64,000 nt of DNA from Octopus sinensis (GCF_006345805.1 NW_021831835.1:1-64000), one strand, 5' to 3'. Positions 11,581 through 24,561 are shown, counted from the first letter of the stretch. A program made the numbers and translations. The notes: generated by a model not told the origin, from the letters alone.

Positions 11581-12350
11581 GGCTATTACCGATTGACCGT
11601 CGTCCCTTGTCCCGACCGCTGGTTGGCCAAGCTGGTGCACTTGCTCTTCAACTTTCTGTAGAAGGGTCAGGTACCACTGGTCAGGTGCTCCATCTGCTGT
11701 CGACAGCCGCTGAACGGAGGCCTTGGCATGCCGTGGTTGCTGATGCGCTGACATGCACTCAGGCTATGGCATATTAAGCTTTTCCTGGACGGTGAACAGG
11801 TGTGGTCGCGTATCGGACGGATCAGGCTAACAGCTGAATCCATAGTGAAGATTGCACCGCCGACCTCCTTTAACCGGGAGGCAATTTTCCTTTGTCTAGT
11901 GGTTGTAGCGAAAGAGGTGGTATGGTGGACCCATTTGAAAGGCCTAAAGTCATACACTTTCCTCTTTGGCCAAGGCCTCAGCAACTTTTTCAAGTTCCAC
12001 TTCAAAAGGAAGATGAAGTGCTGTCTCATAGCAAATTTAGTGAAAGGTGGGTGAATGTCTGTAAAATGGTCAGTATGAACAGACCAATTCTGAGATTACA
12101 CCTGTAAAAAAAAGGTAATATAAAAGGAGAAGGGGTTCTCTACCCCTTTTTGACCAGGCTCCCGTGGCTTTTATGGGTTTTTCCACGAGTAACCTTTCGA
12201 AGTGCCTCCCCCTATTGGAAGTTCTTTATAATTGTTACATTTTTTGCTGTTTTCTAATGCTTACACGGACCTTTCTATCGGACAAAACCCTTTGTACTTT
12301 TCGTCCTTACAGGTTTTTTGACTTATGTTAGCACTTGTGGCCAATAAAAC
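11581..12350 (+). mobile_element. L1/Tx1-clade LINE 3' fragment with internal deletion, 3' UTR and (TTA)n tail
   Basis: Translates as LFNFL*KG.VPLVR.SICC.QPLNGGLGMPWL (post-RT FxFLW/GGLG region), joined to RIGRIRL...AKEVVWW...RWVNV (ORF2 C-terminus). AATAAA near 12342 precedes the TTA tail. Confidence 0.75.
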
Positions 12351-12362
12351 CATAATTTATTA

Positions 12363-12414
<52 letters not shown>

Positions 12415-12428
12415 CATATATATTTTTT

Positions 12429-12552
12429 TTTCAACAACATTGAGGAACGGCCCTTTAATTTCTGAATTACTACTATTTAGTGGTTTGAGTCTTGGCTGCT
12501 CTTTCTAGTGGGTCAAATGGCCTATCGGGGCCGTTCCTCAATGTTGTTGAAA
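12429..12552. repeat. 124-bp element with perfect 25-bp terminal inverted repeats (MITE-like)
   Basis: TTTCAACAACATTGAGGAACGGCCC (12429-12453) and its exact reverse complement (12528-12552). Confidence 0.8.
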
Positions 12553-12750
12553 TTATATACATAGTCTGTGACTATTTTCTCTTTCTCACTAGACCGCTGG
12601 TGGCAAAAAATTTCTATTGATTTTTTACTACCCTTATATTGATTAATATATATATATATATATATAAATTTGAGGGAATATTATTCCTAACTTATAGAGA
12701 AAAATTCAATTTAGAAATATAAATCAAATTTCACAAAATATAATTTGCTG

Positions 12751-13006
12751 TAAATTAGAAAAAAACCCCACCTCTTATCAATTCAGAATGAAAAAATTAA
12801 ATTACACCATCTAGAAAATTACATATAATAGAAATATTAAATATAAGATTAAAATGATATACCGATGATTAAGATTCTGCACATTACTTAATCATCGGTA
12901 TATTATTTTTATCTTATATTTAATATATCTATTATATGTAATTTTCTAGATGGTGTAATTTAATTTTTTCATTTTGAATTTATAAAAGGTGGGGTTTTTT
13001 TTTCTA

Positions 13007-13011
<5 letters not shown>
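12751..13011. repeat. long inverted repeat, about 123-bp arms, 13-nt loop
   Basis: 12751-12873 versus 12887-13011; about 7 differences by eye. Confidence 0.92.
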
Positions 13012-13054
<43 letters not shown>

Positions 13055-13575
13055 TATATATATAATATATATATATATACATATAATTTTGCTTGAAAAA
13101 CGTAAGCCAACTGGAAACGATATATCCTGGGGCTAAATAGCAGTAGCACTCGTCCCTTTCTTGGCAATGCCACATTAAGTTGGCAACAAACCATCACTTT
13201 ATGTATATATATATATGCATGCATGCATGCATGTATGTGTCTATGAACGCTTACTCAGAAAGATCGTCCGTCTCTCATCTCCCACACGTGTAGCAAGACG
13301 CATAAAACTGACAAGATCATAGTTTATGTGAAGACTGGGTTGGGCGAGCCAAATGTGCTTGTCTTCGCATGTGTACCCTCCTCCCTCATATCTATAGCAT
13401 ATATGCTTATATGCCTACGCCTCTATAAGTTTGTGTGCCTTGTTGACCTTCAATTTCTTGAAGTCTCACATTTCAAAAGATGACATTTTTCATTAACCCT
13501 TTATAATGCTCCTCTATCCTATCAGATCGTTAAAGACGGTGCTTATAACGATTAAAATTGTTATCAATAGTGTCT

Positions 13576-13690
<115 letters not shown>

Positions 13691-13756
13691 CATCATTGTT
13701 GTTGTTGTTTTTTGTTGTAGTTGTTGTTATTGCTGTTGTTGTTGTTGTTGTTATTA

Positions 13757-13794
<38 letters not shown>

Positions 13795-14003
13795 GAGTGA
13801 GAGAGCAGTTCATGCCATCAAAGTGACACTGGGGTAAAATATACGAAGCCCAATATACCCATCATGACTACCCGTCTGATAAAGGTACACCAGGCACATG
13901 CATCACAACCATATGTGCGCGACATGGTGATCTCATATTAAGATAAACAGCACATGACCTTGCAGGTGGGGCCCAGTTAGAATTTTCTTCAGGTTGAGTA
14001 GCC
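13795..14003 (-). mobile_element. family C non-coding retroposon, truncated copy inside (TAA)n
   Basis: Begins GAGTGAGAGAGCAGTTCATGCCATCAAAG, as at 14687 and 62722; (TTA)n on both sides. Confidence 0.8.
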
Positions 14004-14037
<34 letters not shown>

Positions 14038-14063
14038 CATTATTATTATTATTATCATTATTA

Positions 14064-14107
<44 letters not shown>

Positions 14108-14109
14108 TA

Positions 14110-14435
14110 GGCGGTGAGCTGGCGGAATCGTTAGCACGCCGGGCGAAATGCTCAGCGGTATTTCGCCCGCTGCTACGTTCTGTGTTCAAATTCCACCGAT
14201 GTCGACTTTGCCTTTTATCTCTTCGGGGTTGATAAAATAAGAGCCAGTTGAACACTTGGGTTGATGTAATCGATTCATTTCTTGCCCCCAAAATTGTGAC
14301 CCTTGTGGCAAAAATTTGAAACTATTATTATTATTATTATTATTATTATTAAGGCGGCAAGCTGGCAGAATTGTTAGCACGCCGAGCAAAATGCTTAGCG
14401 GCATTTCGTCCGTCTTTACGTTCTGTGCTCGAACT
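14110..14435 (+). mobile_element. two SINE family B copies (tRNA head, Deu/Nin-like central domain)
   Basis: GGCGGTGAGCTGG A-box and GTTCAAATTCC B-box. GACTTTGCCTTT.ATC.TTCGGGG..GATAAA resembles the Deu/Nin SINE domain (from recall). The second copy (14352-14435) is truncated. Confidence 0.8.
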
Positions 14436-14660
14436 CCTCTCAACACTACTCTCCCACTACTTCTGCTCGTGATCAGAAATGCACATACGGTCATACATCA
14501 AAGGACATGCTCAACTGGTTAAGGACACACAACTGACAAGCAATTCTGTGATACTGAGCAGAATATTGGCTGTGACAAAACAATTTACATGATAACACTT
14601 CCAATCAGTGAAGATGGGTAACCATGAGAGCCACTGCCTGGTACTGCATCAGGACATTTA
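14436..14660 (-). mobile_element. family C, opposite terminal portion
   Basis: Overlaps 63020-63157 in sequence and extends to ...GCCTGGTACTGCATCAGGACATTTAT followed by (TAT)n. Confidence 0.75.
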
Positions 14661-14686
14661 TCATTATTATTATTATTATTATTATT

Positions 14687-14976
14687 GAGTGAGAGAGCAG
14701 TTCATGCCATCAAAGTGACACTGGGATAAAATATACGAAGCCCAATATACCCATCATGACTACCCGTCTGATAAAGGTACACCAGGCACATGCATCACAA
14801 CCATATGTGCGCGACATGGTGATCTCATATCAAGATAAACAGCACATGACCTTGCAGGTGGGGCCCAGTTAGAATTTTCTTCAGGTTGAGTAGCCCATCC
14901 CGCTCAAACGGTCCCTGAATAAGGGTTGTTTAAGGATGTTGAAAGAAACACCCATGTTTCCAGAGGTGAACTATTC
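14687..14976 (-). mobile_element. family C truncated copy inside (TAA)n
   Basis: Near-identical to 13795-14003 and 62722-63157; flanked by (TTA)n on both sides. Confidence 0.8.
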
Positions 14977-15018
<42 letters not shown>

Positions 15019-15316
15019 CGTTGTTATCATTATTGCTATTATCGTTATTATTATTGTTACTGTCATTGTCGTTGTTACTATTATTATTATCGTTATTATT
15101 ATTATTATTATTATTATTATCATCATCATCATTATTATTATCATTATTATCATGATTATAATTATTATTATCATGATTATTATTATCATTATTATTATGA
15201 TTATTATTATCGTTATTATTATTATTATCGTTATTATTATTATTATTATCGTTGTTATTATTATTGTTGTTATTATTATCCTTATTATTATTATCGTTAT
15301 TATTGTTATTCTTCTT

Positions 15317-15382
<66 letters not shown>

Positions 15383-16099
15383 GCTATTATCAATCGTCTT
15401 TGCCCCTGCGGCTAATAAAAGAAATGGCTGTTATTATTAATACTTGTCTATTAACATTATCACAGAATTTTTCTTATCGTCGTAGATACTTAAGACGTTC
15501 CATATCTCTTTTCCTTGGTATTTTCTATTATAGCTTCACAGGTTTTAAATATTACTTTCACATTTGCTTAAAACTCTCTTCCAAAACTCACTTAACGTAG
15601 ATAGCCATCACCCCACCCCCGCCCATTCCACCTTCCAGCTTTTCTTCGCTTCACTTCGCCTTTCATTATGACATTTCAATCTAAACTGCAGGTGTGGCGT
15701 GGAGATAGCGGTGCTGGACGGAATGGTTATATTCCACGAAGGAAATTGAGTTGATGGGCGAGAATTGTTGGTTAGGACTGTGTGTCTGGATTTTTAAGGA
15801 GGAATTGGTTATAGTTCTGAGAGGAGAGTAAATAGATTCAAGGGTGGTGGTGCACCCACCTCACCCCCAACGGTTGTGTTGATGATAGAGGGGGTACTTT
15901 GTCGTGCACGTTGTGTTGGCTGTGATGGTCATGGTTGTAGAGGTGGATTTACATGGTGATTGCAGTGTGGAAGGGTTTAATGGGATTGTAGTGTGAAAGG
16001 GCTTGTGATTGTGCTATTAGTAAGACTTTCATGATAATGTGGGTTCACAGTGAATAGGGTAGACGGAAGGGGTGTGGTGGGGTGTGTTACTGGTCGTCG

Positions 16100-16616
16100 T
16101 AGTGGTGATGATGGTGGTGATAGTGGCGGCAGTAGTAGTAGTAGTAGTAGTAGTAGTAGCAGCAGCAGCAGCAGTAGTAGTAGCAGTAGTAGTAGTGGTG
16201 GTGGTGTTGGTGGTGGTGGTAGTAGTAATGCTGATGGTGGTGGTAGTAGTAGCAGTAGTAGTAGTGGTGGTGTTGTGGTAGTGGTAGTAATAATAATAGT
16301 AGTAGTGGTACTGGTAGTGATAGTGGTGGTGGTGGTGATGGTGGTGGTAGATGTAGGAGTAGTTGTAGTAGTAGTAGTTGTAGTTGTTGTAGTAGTAGTA
16401 GTAAGTAGTAGTAGTAGTAGTTAGTAGAGGTGGTGATGGTGGTTTTGTTGCAATAGTGTGGTGGGAGTAACAGTGACGACGACGATGACGAAGAAGATGA
16501 TGGAGATGGTGGTTGTGTTCGCGATGATGATGATGATGTTGATGGTGACGTTTATAATAATGATGATGATAATGATGTAATAGTAGCAGCAGCAGCAACA
16601 GTAGTAGTAGTAGTAC

Positions 16617-16665
<49 letters not shown>

Positions 16666-16830
16666 TACTATTGTTGTTGTTGTGGTGGTGGTGGTGGCGA
16701 TGTTAATAATGACAGTAATGATGCTGCTGCTGATGGTGATGATGATATAATAGTGAAAGCATCGTGGAAGTTTTATGTTTGGTGATGAAATTTTATTAAT
16801 AGGGAAAGATTAGCAGCAGCAGCAGCAGCT

Positions 16831-16881
<51 letters not shown>

Positions 16882-16900
16882 CCACCACCACCATCACAAG
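16100..16900. repeat. compound (GTA/GTG/GCA/GAT)n trinucleotide region
   Basis: Directly visible. Confidence 0.9.
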
Positions 16901-17298
16901 CAAATGCAACTACAACGGCAACAACGGTAGGTTTAGCAAGGACTGTCATTCTTGAAGCTTTGGTATCCCACGGTCAAGGATTTTCTACAGGTAACCACCA
17001 CGTCTTAATCATGTGCCAGGAACAAAAAAAGAAAAGACAAATACCTTCATCGTTATCCCCCTTGATCCTCCACTCCACCCCTGACACGCTTGAGTGATCT
17101 CGTAAGTTAGCATGTTGTGTTCGTGATGACAAGGTGGTGTGCTCGTGTCTTAGAACGGCTGGCTTGTGTCCTTCAGAACACTTTCGACTCAACGAAAATT
17201 GCATTCTGTCATTTCTTGCAGTCATTACAAAAGGATATAAAATGAATAATTACAGCATTCTTAATTAAAAACCTTATCTCTATCGATAATAGACCATA

Positions 17299-17371
<73 letters not shown>

Positions 17372-17606
17372 TGTGTGTGTGTGTGGTGTATGTGTGTGTA
17401 AATATACATATGTATATAAATAAGTATAAGATCGTATTTAAATATCGAACTTATCAGGTGGCCAGCATGAAAATAAAAACCTTCAAAGGTAACAATTATT
17501 ATTAAAAATTATAATTTAGAGTATGTCGAGCGCATACGTGAAATATATGTATGTATGCATTCGTATATGTGAGTATACGTGTGTTGTTATATATATATAT
17601 ATTATA

Positions 17607-17653
<47 letters not shown>

Positions 17654-17670
17654 GTATTTATGTACTGCGT

Positions 17671-17731
17671 ATATTCCACTGATGAGGCAAGGCATTTCTA
17701 TGCAGAATCAGAAATCCGGGATCTGGAATAT
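17671..17731 (+). ncRNA. type I hammerhead-like motif, canonical core boxes
   Basis: ATATTCCA-CTGATGA-...-GAAA-TCC-G-GGA-TC-TGGAATAT. Perfect 8-bp stem I, AUC triplet, near-palindromic stem III; the base of stem II is poorly paired. Confidence 0.65.
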
Positions 17732-17898
17732 CCAGTAATCTTTTACTAGTTTATTTTGTCTTTTTTCTTCTCTCCCGGTGCTGTATGAACATTTAAGGTG
17801 GTTTTAGAATCATGTTTTGGCTGTTATTTCAAGTCGTGGTATATCTCCAAGATACCCTAAATTATAATTACAAACACACACACACACACACACACACC

Positions 17899-17957
<59 letters not shown>

Positions 17958-18381
17958 ATATATATATACATATATAGCATATACATGAGTGTGTGTATAT
18001 ATGTATACATGTATATATGTACTATGCGTGTGTATGTATTTCCAAACAATATTCAATAATCAATATTCCAATCAATATATCTAAATAGTTATGAATTTCT
18101 ATTAATCATTCTCTCAGCTGATAGAATCTATAATGCGAGTTTTGCTTATATAATTTTCTCCTTATGATCTTCACATACATACATACATACATACATACAT
18201 ACATACATACATACATACATACATACACACACATACATACGTACATAAACACACAAATATATCTGTATGCATATATATATATATATATATAAATTAATAT
18301 ATTATATACAGAGAAAGACAGAGAGAGACAGAGACATATACTTAATATAAATGTGTGTGTTTATGCATGTATATATATATC

Positions 18382-18413
<32 letters not shown>

Positions 18414-19105
18414 ATTATATATATTATATATAGTGGAAAAACGCTAGAGATAGAAGCAAATCAATTTTGATATATAAATATGGACGTGGAAATAGCACAG
18501 AAGTAAATCTAAGACAGTTCAGTTTAGAGAGAATTTAATAAACTGATTTTTTAAAATTATATAAAGATAATATGGAATATTACTGGTTTCCATGATGAAT
18601 CTCCTCTTATCAAATATTAGTAAACATTTATAAAAGTTTGAAGTAACAATAGTTTATCTTCTGTTTGGTGGGGGAGAATCAAAAATATGTCTGGATTTTT
18701 TTCGTTGCAGTCTTCTTCAAATATAGCTTGACATAGAGTCCAAGATGTTAGAGGGGGTGTAGTTGTCTATTGTCTAAAAGGTACTTCTGTGGTTTCCTGC
18801 CAAGGGAGTCAGTTAAACGCATTTATTGAACGGGTTTTATGTTCACCTGTGTGCGTGTCAGTGTTTGTGTGTGTGTATGGTGTGTGTGTGTGTGTGTGTG
18901 TCTATATCTATAGAATGCTCGAAATAAGGAATAGATAGACAACCGACAACTGATGAAGGGCCCTTTTTCTGTGTTAACTAGTCCATTTTTTCTTGTTATT
19001 TACGTATTTCATTCGTTTTATTCCCATAATCACTGTCCACGTCTTGTATCTATCTCTCGTGTATTTTTTTTTGCACCGTTGGTGACGTCCTGTACCCATA
19101 CATGC

Positions 19106-19151
<46 letters not shown>

Positions 19152-19164
19152 TATATATAATTTT

Positions 19165-19440
19165 TAATCCAACGGGAAAAACAGAAAAAACAACAACACG
19201 TGAACAATTACAGTATTATTATTATAATAGGCGCTCAGGAAAGATGGAAGCAGGAAGGTATGACGTTTCGAGCGGAGCTCTTCGTCGGAAACATAAAGAT
19301 GGAAGAGAGAGGAAAGAAATTCCCGAGGTGGGCAAACAGAGGGAGAAAAAAAAAAGCGACTGGTGTTTACGAAGTACACATGGTGAAAGGCGGAAGTTTA
19401 CGATAACAAGAGCAAAGTAGGTTTTTAAAGCCAAAAGAGT
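19165..19440 (-). mobile_element. PLE pseudo-LTR-like fragment with hammerhead-like motif (19258-19293)
   Basis: Minus strand CCGACGA-A-GAGC/TCC/GCTC-GAAA-CG-TC. The flank (CCTGAGC...) resembles 44760-44900; abuts (TA)n. Confidence 0.5.
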
Positions 19441-21620
19441 GAAGACAGGGTTGGTAACGCAACAGATGTGTGTGTATGTGTGAGTGTGTGCGTGTGCGTG
19501 TGTGTATGTGTGTGTGAGGCGAGATAAAAAAACAAAAAATATATATATATGTTAGTGTGTGCGTCTGTGTGTAGGCGTGTGAGGTAGGGCGAAACAGTAG
19601 TAGGCATAGCAGACAGTGGTCAGTAGTAAAAAAATGAAGGAAGGAGGAAGGGAGGGAGGGGAAGGGATGGGGGCGTATGTAACGTGCCAGTGTGTGTGTT
19701 GAGTGGTAGTGTGTGTGTGTCCAGTGTCGTAGTTGTATGTATGGCGAGTAGATTTGAAGTGTGTGTAAGAGTAATGTATATATTTAAGCAAATGTGTGTG
19801 TGTGTGAGTGGGTGTATGTATGTGTGCGCGTGTGTGTACAAAAAGGGGGGGAGTTATAAGGAAAAAAGACTCCAGCTGAGGGGAAGATGGAAGAGTGGTC
19901 CCGCGGAGACGGGCGTGGGAGAACCCAACGACAGGCGACGGCCCCAGAAACGAGCCGGAGATCTCGTCGGGTCCAAGAGCGAGGTGCATGCATGCGCGTA
20001 TGCGTGCGCGAGCCGGCGCAAGCGCGCGTCTGCGCGCGCCTGCGAGTGTGTGTGTAAGTATGTGTGTGTGTGGATGTGTGAGTGTGTCTGTGTGTATGTC
20101 TGGGTGTCAGTGTGTCCGATGAATGTATGTAAGTATGTGTGTATATATGTGTGGCATAGATGTATGTCCGTTGTGTGTGTGTGTGTGTATGTGTATGAGT
20201 GTATGTATGTACGTGTGTGTGTGTGGAAGTGTGTGTATGTGCATGTGTGTGCGCGTACATGCAGGTGTGTGAGTGAGTGTGTTGTGTGTGTGTATGTATG
20301 TGTGAGTGTGTATGTATGTGTGTGTAGGATGCATGTATGTGTATGGGTGTATGTATGTGTGTGTGTATGTATGTATGTGTACGTGCGTGTGTGTGTGTAT
20401 GCATGCATGCATGTATGCGTGTAGGTGTGCGCGTGTGCATGCATGCATGCATGTGCGTATGTGTGTGTGTGCATGTGTGTGGGTATATATGTATGTGTGT
20501 ACATGTGTGTGTGTATGCATGTGTGTGTATGTAGGTGTGTAGGCGTGTGTGTATAGGTGTATGTATGTAAGTATGTATGGGTGTGTCCGTGTATGTGTGT
20601 GTATGTATGTGTGTGTATGTAGGTGTGTGGGCGTGTGTGTATAGGTGTATGTATGTATGTATGTCTGGGTGTGCCCGTGCATGTTTGTGTGTGTGTGTGT
20701 ATGCATGTGTATGTAGGTGTGTGTGTACGTGTGTAATGTATGTGTGTATGCGTGTGTGTGCGTGTGTATGCGTGCGTGTGTGTATGTAGGTGCGTATGTA
20801 TGTGTGTGGGAGTGTAGGTGTGTGTGTGCGTGTGCGTGTTTATGTTGGTGTGTGCGTATGTGAGTGTGAATGTATGGGTGTTTGTCATGCATGTGTATGC
20901 GCGTGCAGGCGAGTGTGTGTGTAAGTATGTGTGTGTGTATGTTTGTGTGAGTATGTATGTGTGTATGTCTGTGTGTATGTATGTGCGTATAGGAGTATGT
21001 AGGTATGTGTGTGTGTATGTGTATGGGTGTATGTATGTATGTATGTATGTATGTGTGTGTGTGTGCATGTGTATAAGTATATGTGTGTGTGCGTATGTGT
21101 GTGTATGTGTATGTGTGTGTGTTTATGTATGTGTGTATGTATGTGTGTAGGCGTGTGTGTGTAGATGTATGTATGTATGGGTGTGTGTCTGTGTGTGTTT
21201 GTGTGTGTGTGTAGGTAGGTGTGTGTGTCTGAGTGAGGGTATGGCTGTGTAGGTGTGTGTGTGTATGAATGTAAGTGTGTGTGTGTACAAGTGTAATGTA
21301 TGTATGTAGGTGTGTGTGTGTATGTGTACGTGTGCGTGTGTATGTGTGTGTGTATGCGTGTGAGTGTGAGTGTATGGGTGTATGTCTTTGTGTGTTGTAT
21401 GTCTGAAGTAGGTATGTGTGTATGTATGTATGTGTGTGTGTGTGTGCGCGGGTATGTGTGTGTGTGTGTATATGTGTGTTTTGAGTAGTTGTGCGATATA
21501 TATATATATATAATATATATATACATACATACATACATACATACATACATACATACATACATACATACATACATACACACATACATACATACATACATAC
21601 ATACATACATACATGCATAT
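19440..21620. repeat. about 2-kb complex (TG/TGTA)n region
   Basis: Directly visible; source of the His/Thr-rich and Cys/Val-rich ORFs. Contains a GC-rich island at 19860-20045. Confidence 0.9.
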
Positions 21621-21850
21621 ATAAAGCTGGATAAACTGGGATTTTCAGAAAGAGAAATCGACCGACTAATTTGTACATTATAAGTGCAATCTGTGAGTGG
21701 AACAGTAAAAATATGCTTTTCTCAAGTTCCAAATGTGAATTTGTCTGTGCTTACGAGATTCCAAAGATGAAGCCTTGTATCCTTCTTGGAAACCGGCTCC
21801 CTCCTCAGGGGAAGATTTATAATAGTTAAAAAATAGAAGAAACATACATA
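21619..21850 (+). mobile_element. extreme 3' end of an RLE-type (R2/R4/NeSL-like) non-LTR element
   Basis: Translates IKLDKLGFSEREIDRLICTL*VQSVSGTVKIC, resembling the terminal LQ..xxxGT.KI motif of RLE LINEs, followed by UTR-like sequence. Confidence 0.45.
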
Positions 21851-22148
21851 TATGCATGCATAAAATATCGTTCCCTCCTAAGTGTCATACTGTCAAAACC
21901 CCCCTAATTCAGTTCGCTTTGAACTATAATTATAGAAATAACTTGAATAAAGCTGCATAGACTCTGAACTGGATGAACCAGCTGGATGCAAACGTAAACC
22001 ACATTTCGGTATATCTATGCAGCAGAAACATATGTCGGACAGATTTAAATTAAATGTACTGTATAATTGACCGTAATACATGTATGTATGTATGTATGTA
22101 TGTATGTATGTATGTATGTATGTATGTATGTATATATGTATTATGTGT

Positions 22149-22524
22149 GGAGGCGCAATGGCCCAGTGGTTAAGGCAGTGGACTCGTGGTCGTAGGTTCG
22201 CAGCTTCGATTCCCAGAGTGTTTATTCAGCGAAAACACCTAAAGCTCCGCGACCCTCCGGCAGGGGGGGGGGGCAACCCTGCTGTACACTTTCGCCACAA
22301 CTTTCTCTCACTCCTTCTTCCTGTTTCTGTTGTACCTGTATTTCAAAGAGCCAGCCTTGTCACACTCTTTGTCACGCTGAATCTCCCCGAGAACTACGTG
22401 AAGAGTACAAGTATATGTGTATAAGAGTACAGCCACTTTCACGTTAATTTCACGAGCAGGCTCTTCCGTTGATCGGATTAACTGAAAATCTCGTCGTCGT
22501 AACCGACGGAGGGCCAGAAGGAAA
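22149..22524 (+). mobile_element. tRNA-derived SINE family D, tail type 1
   Basis: TGGCCCAGTGG A-box and TTCGATTCCC B-box. The first ~190 nt are shared with 28572-28879 and 39847-40160; (TGTA)n on both sides. Confidence 0.8.
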
Positions 22525-23639
22525 TGTATGTATGTATGTATGTATGTATGTATGTATGTATGTATGTATGTATGTATGTATGTATAAGAGATTGCATTTG
22601 CAGACCTTCAAAGGCGTGTTAACTTGCTATGTATATTCCGACGTTTGTCATCCTGAGTTCAATCCCAACCATGGATTACCTATATGTTAGACTTAAACCA
22701 TCACTTGATTTAATCCCTTCTACTTGGCGCCCGGGTGCTTCTAGTGGAGACCACTCTAAGTGCCGCTAGCGTAGACCAGCCTGTTGTAAGTATTCGTACC
22801 ATGCTCCTTATCTCTGTATCACACAATTCTTGGAGGCCCTCTAACGGATCACAAGGCGCTATCATTCCGCATAACAAAATTAAGAGAAACGAAAAAAAAA
22901 AACAAAAAAAAAAACAAACCACGCAGACAAACAGAGAAATGTCTGAATTATTCAAGAAGATATTCTTTCTAAAATCCTTTCGATTATTTCGGAAATACAA
23001 TTCGAAATTTAACTATTTATAGATATTTTTATGTTTTCCCAAAAGTCTGTAAATTGTGTGTATATTATGTATGCATTCGCTCATGGATATATAAGTTGGC
23101 AGGTTTATTACTTAACACAATAGGCTGTAGTCCTTGATCGTTTCTCGGGGCAGATTACGTGAGAGAAAATAGTAAGAAAAGACGCGTTCAACTGGTGTGC
23201 TAAATGTTTTTATCTGCTCAATATTTCCTAAACAAAAGGCCTGCTATATAATTATTTCTAAACATAATTTACAGTTGACTTAATATCAACAAGAATGGAT
23301 TTACAAATTGCTGTTGGCGTTATTGTTATTTCTTTTGAAATTGTTTGCTCATCTCTATTAAAATTTAATTCAATCTTAAAACTTTATCTTTAAACTAAAC
23401 ACTTTGCTAAATATCTGATCGGTATGTATTTTTTTTTTATTGTTATTAACTGTAGGTATGTGTGCACGCATAAATACTCATGCATTTGTATACAAACAGA
23501 TACATGTATACATACATGTATACATACATGTATACACAGATACTTGTATACATACATGCACACACAGACACAAACATACACACAGACACATATTTACATA
23601 CAGCATATTTAATGGACATAGCTGTGATTGTGTGCATGC

Positions 23640-23676
23640 GTAGCACGTAGATACTTGCATACACGAGTATAGATAC

Positions 23677-23726
<50 letters not shown>

Positions 23727-23728
23727 AT

Positions 23729-23771
<43 letters not shown>

Positions 23772-23936
23772 GAACATCATATATATATATATATACACAC
23801 TCATATATATATATATATACACTATACAATACACATATATATATATGTATACATACACTTATACATATACATGTATACATACATATATACGTATATATAT
23901 GTTTGTGTGTATGCATATACATTCATATATAGCTGC

Positions 23937-23973
<37 letters not shown>

Positions 23974-24342
23974 TTATACATTATATATATATATACACAC
24001 ATATATATATAATATACAATATAATATATGTATGTATATACACACACACATATATATGTATACATATACATATACATATACATAATATACATACATATAT
24101 ACGTATATATATGTGTGTTTGTATCATATACATTCATATATATATGCATATATATATACACATAATACACATATACATATATAATGTGTGTACGTATATA
24201 AATATATATACGCGTATATATATATATATATATACTATATATGTATATATAAATATTATATATATATAATATATATATATATATATAATATATATATACA
24301 CACACATGCACATACTATATACACATATGTATTTCTGTATAC

Positions 24343-24411
<69 letters not shown>

Positions 24412-24420
24412 GTATGCATG
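23640..24420. repeat. complex (TA/CA)n region
   Basis: Directly visible. Confidence 0.9.
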
Positions 24421-24515
24421 CACACACTTACACACGCAGATACACACAAAGAAACAATTTTCGCTTCATTTGTTATTTTCTTCGTAATTGTTTTTGATGT
24501 TGCTGCTGCTGCTGC

Positions 24516-24561
<46 letters not shown>

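Noticed and set aside
18470-18830. Possible LINE/PLE coding remnant between (TA)n and (TG)n
   Set aside because: The translations gave no motif I could match with confidence.
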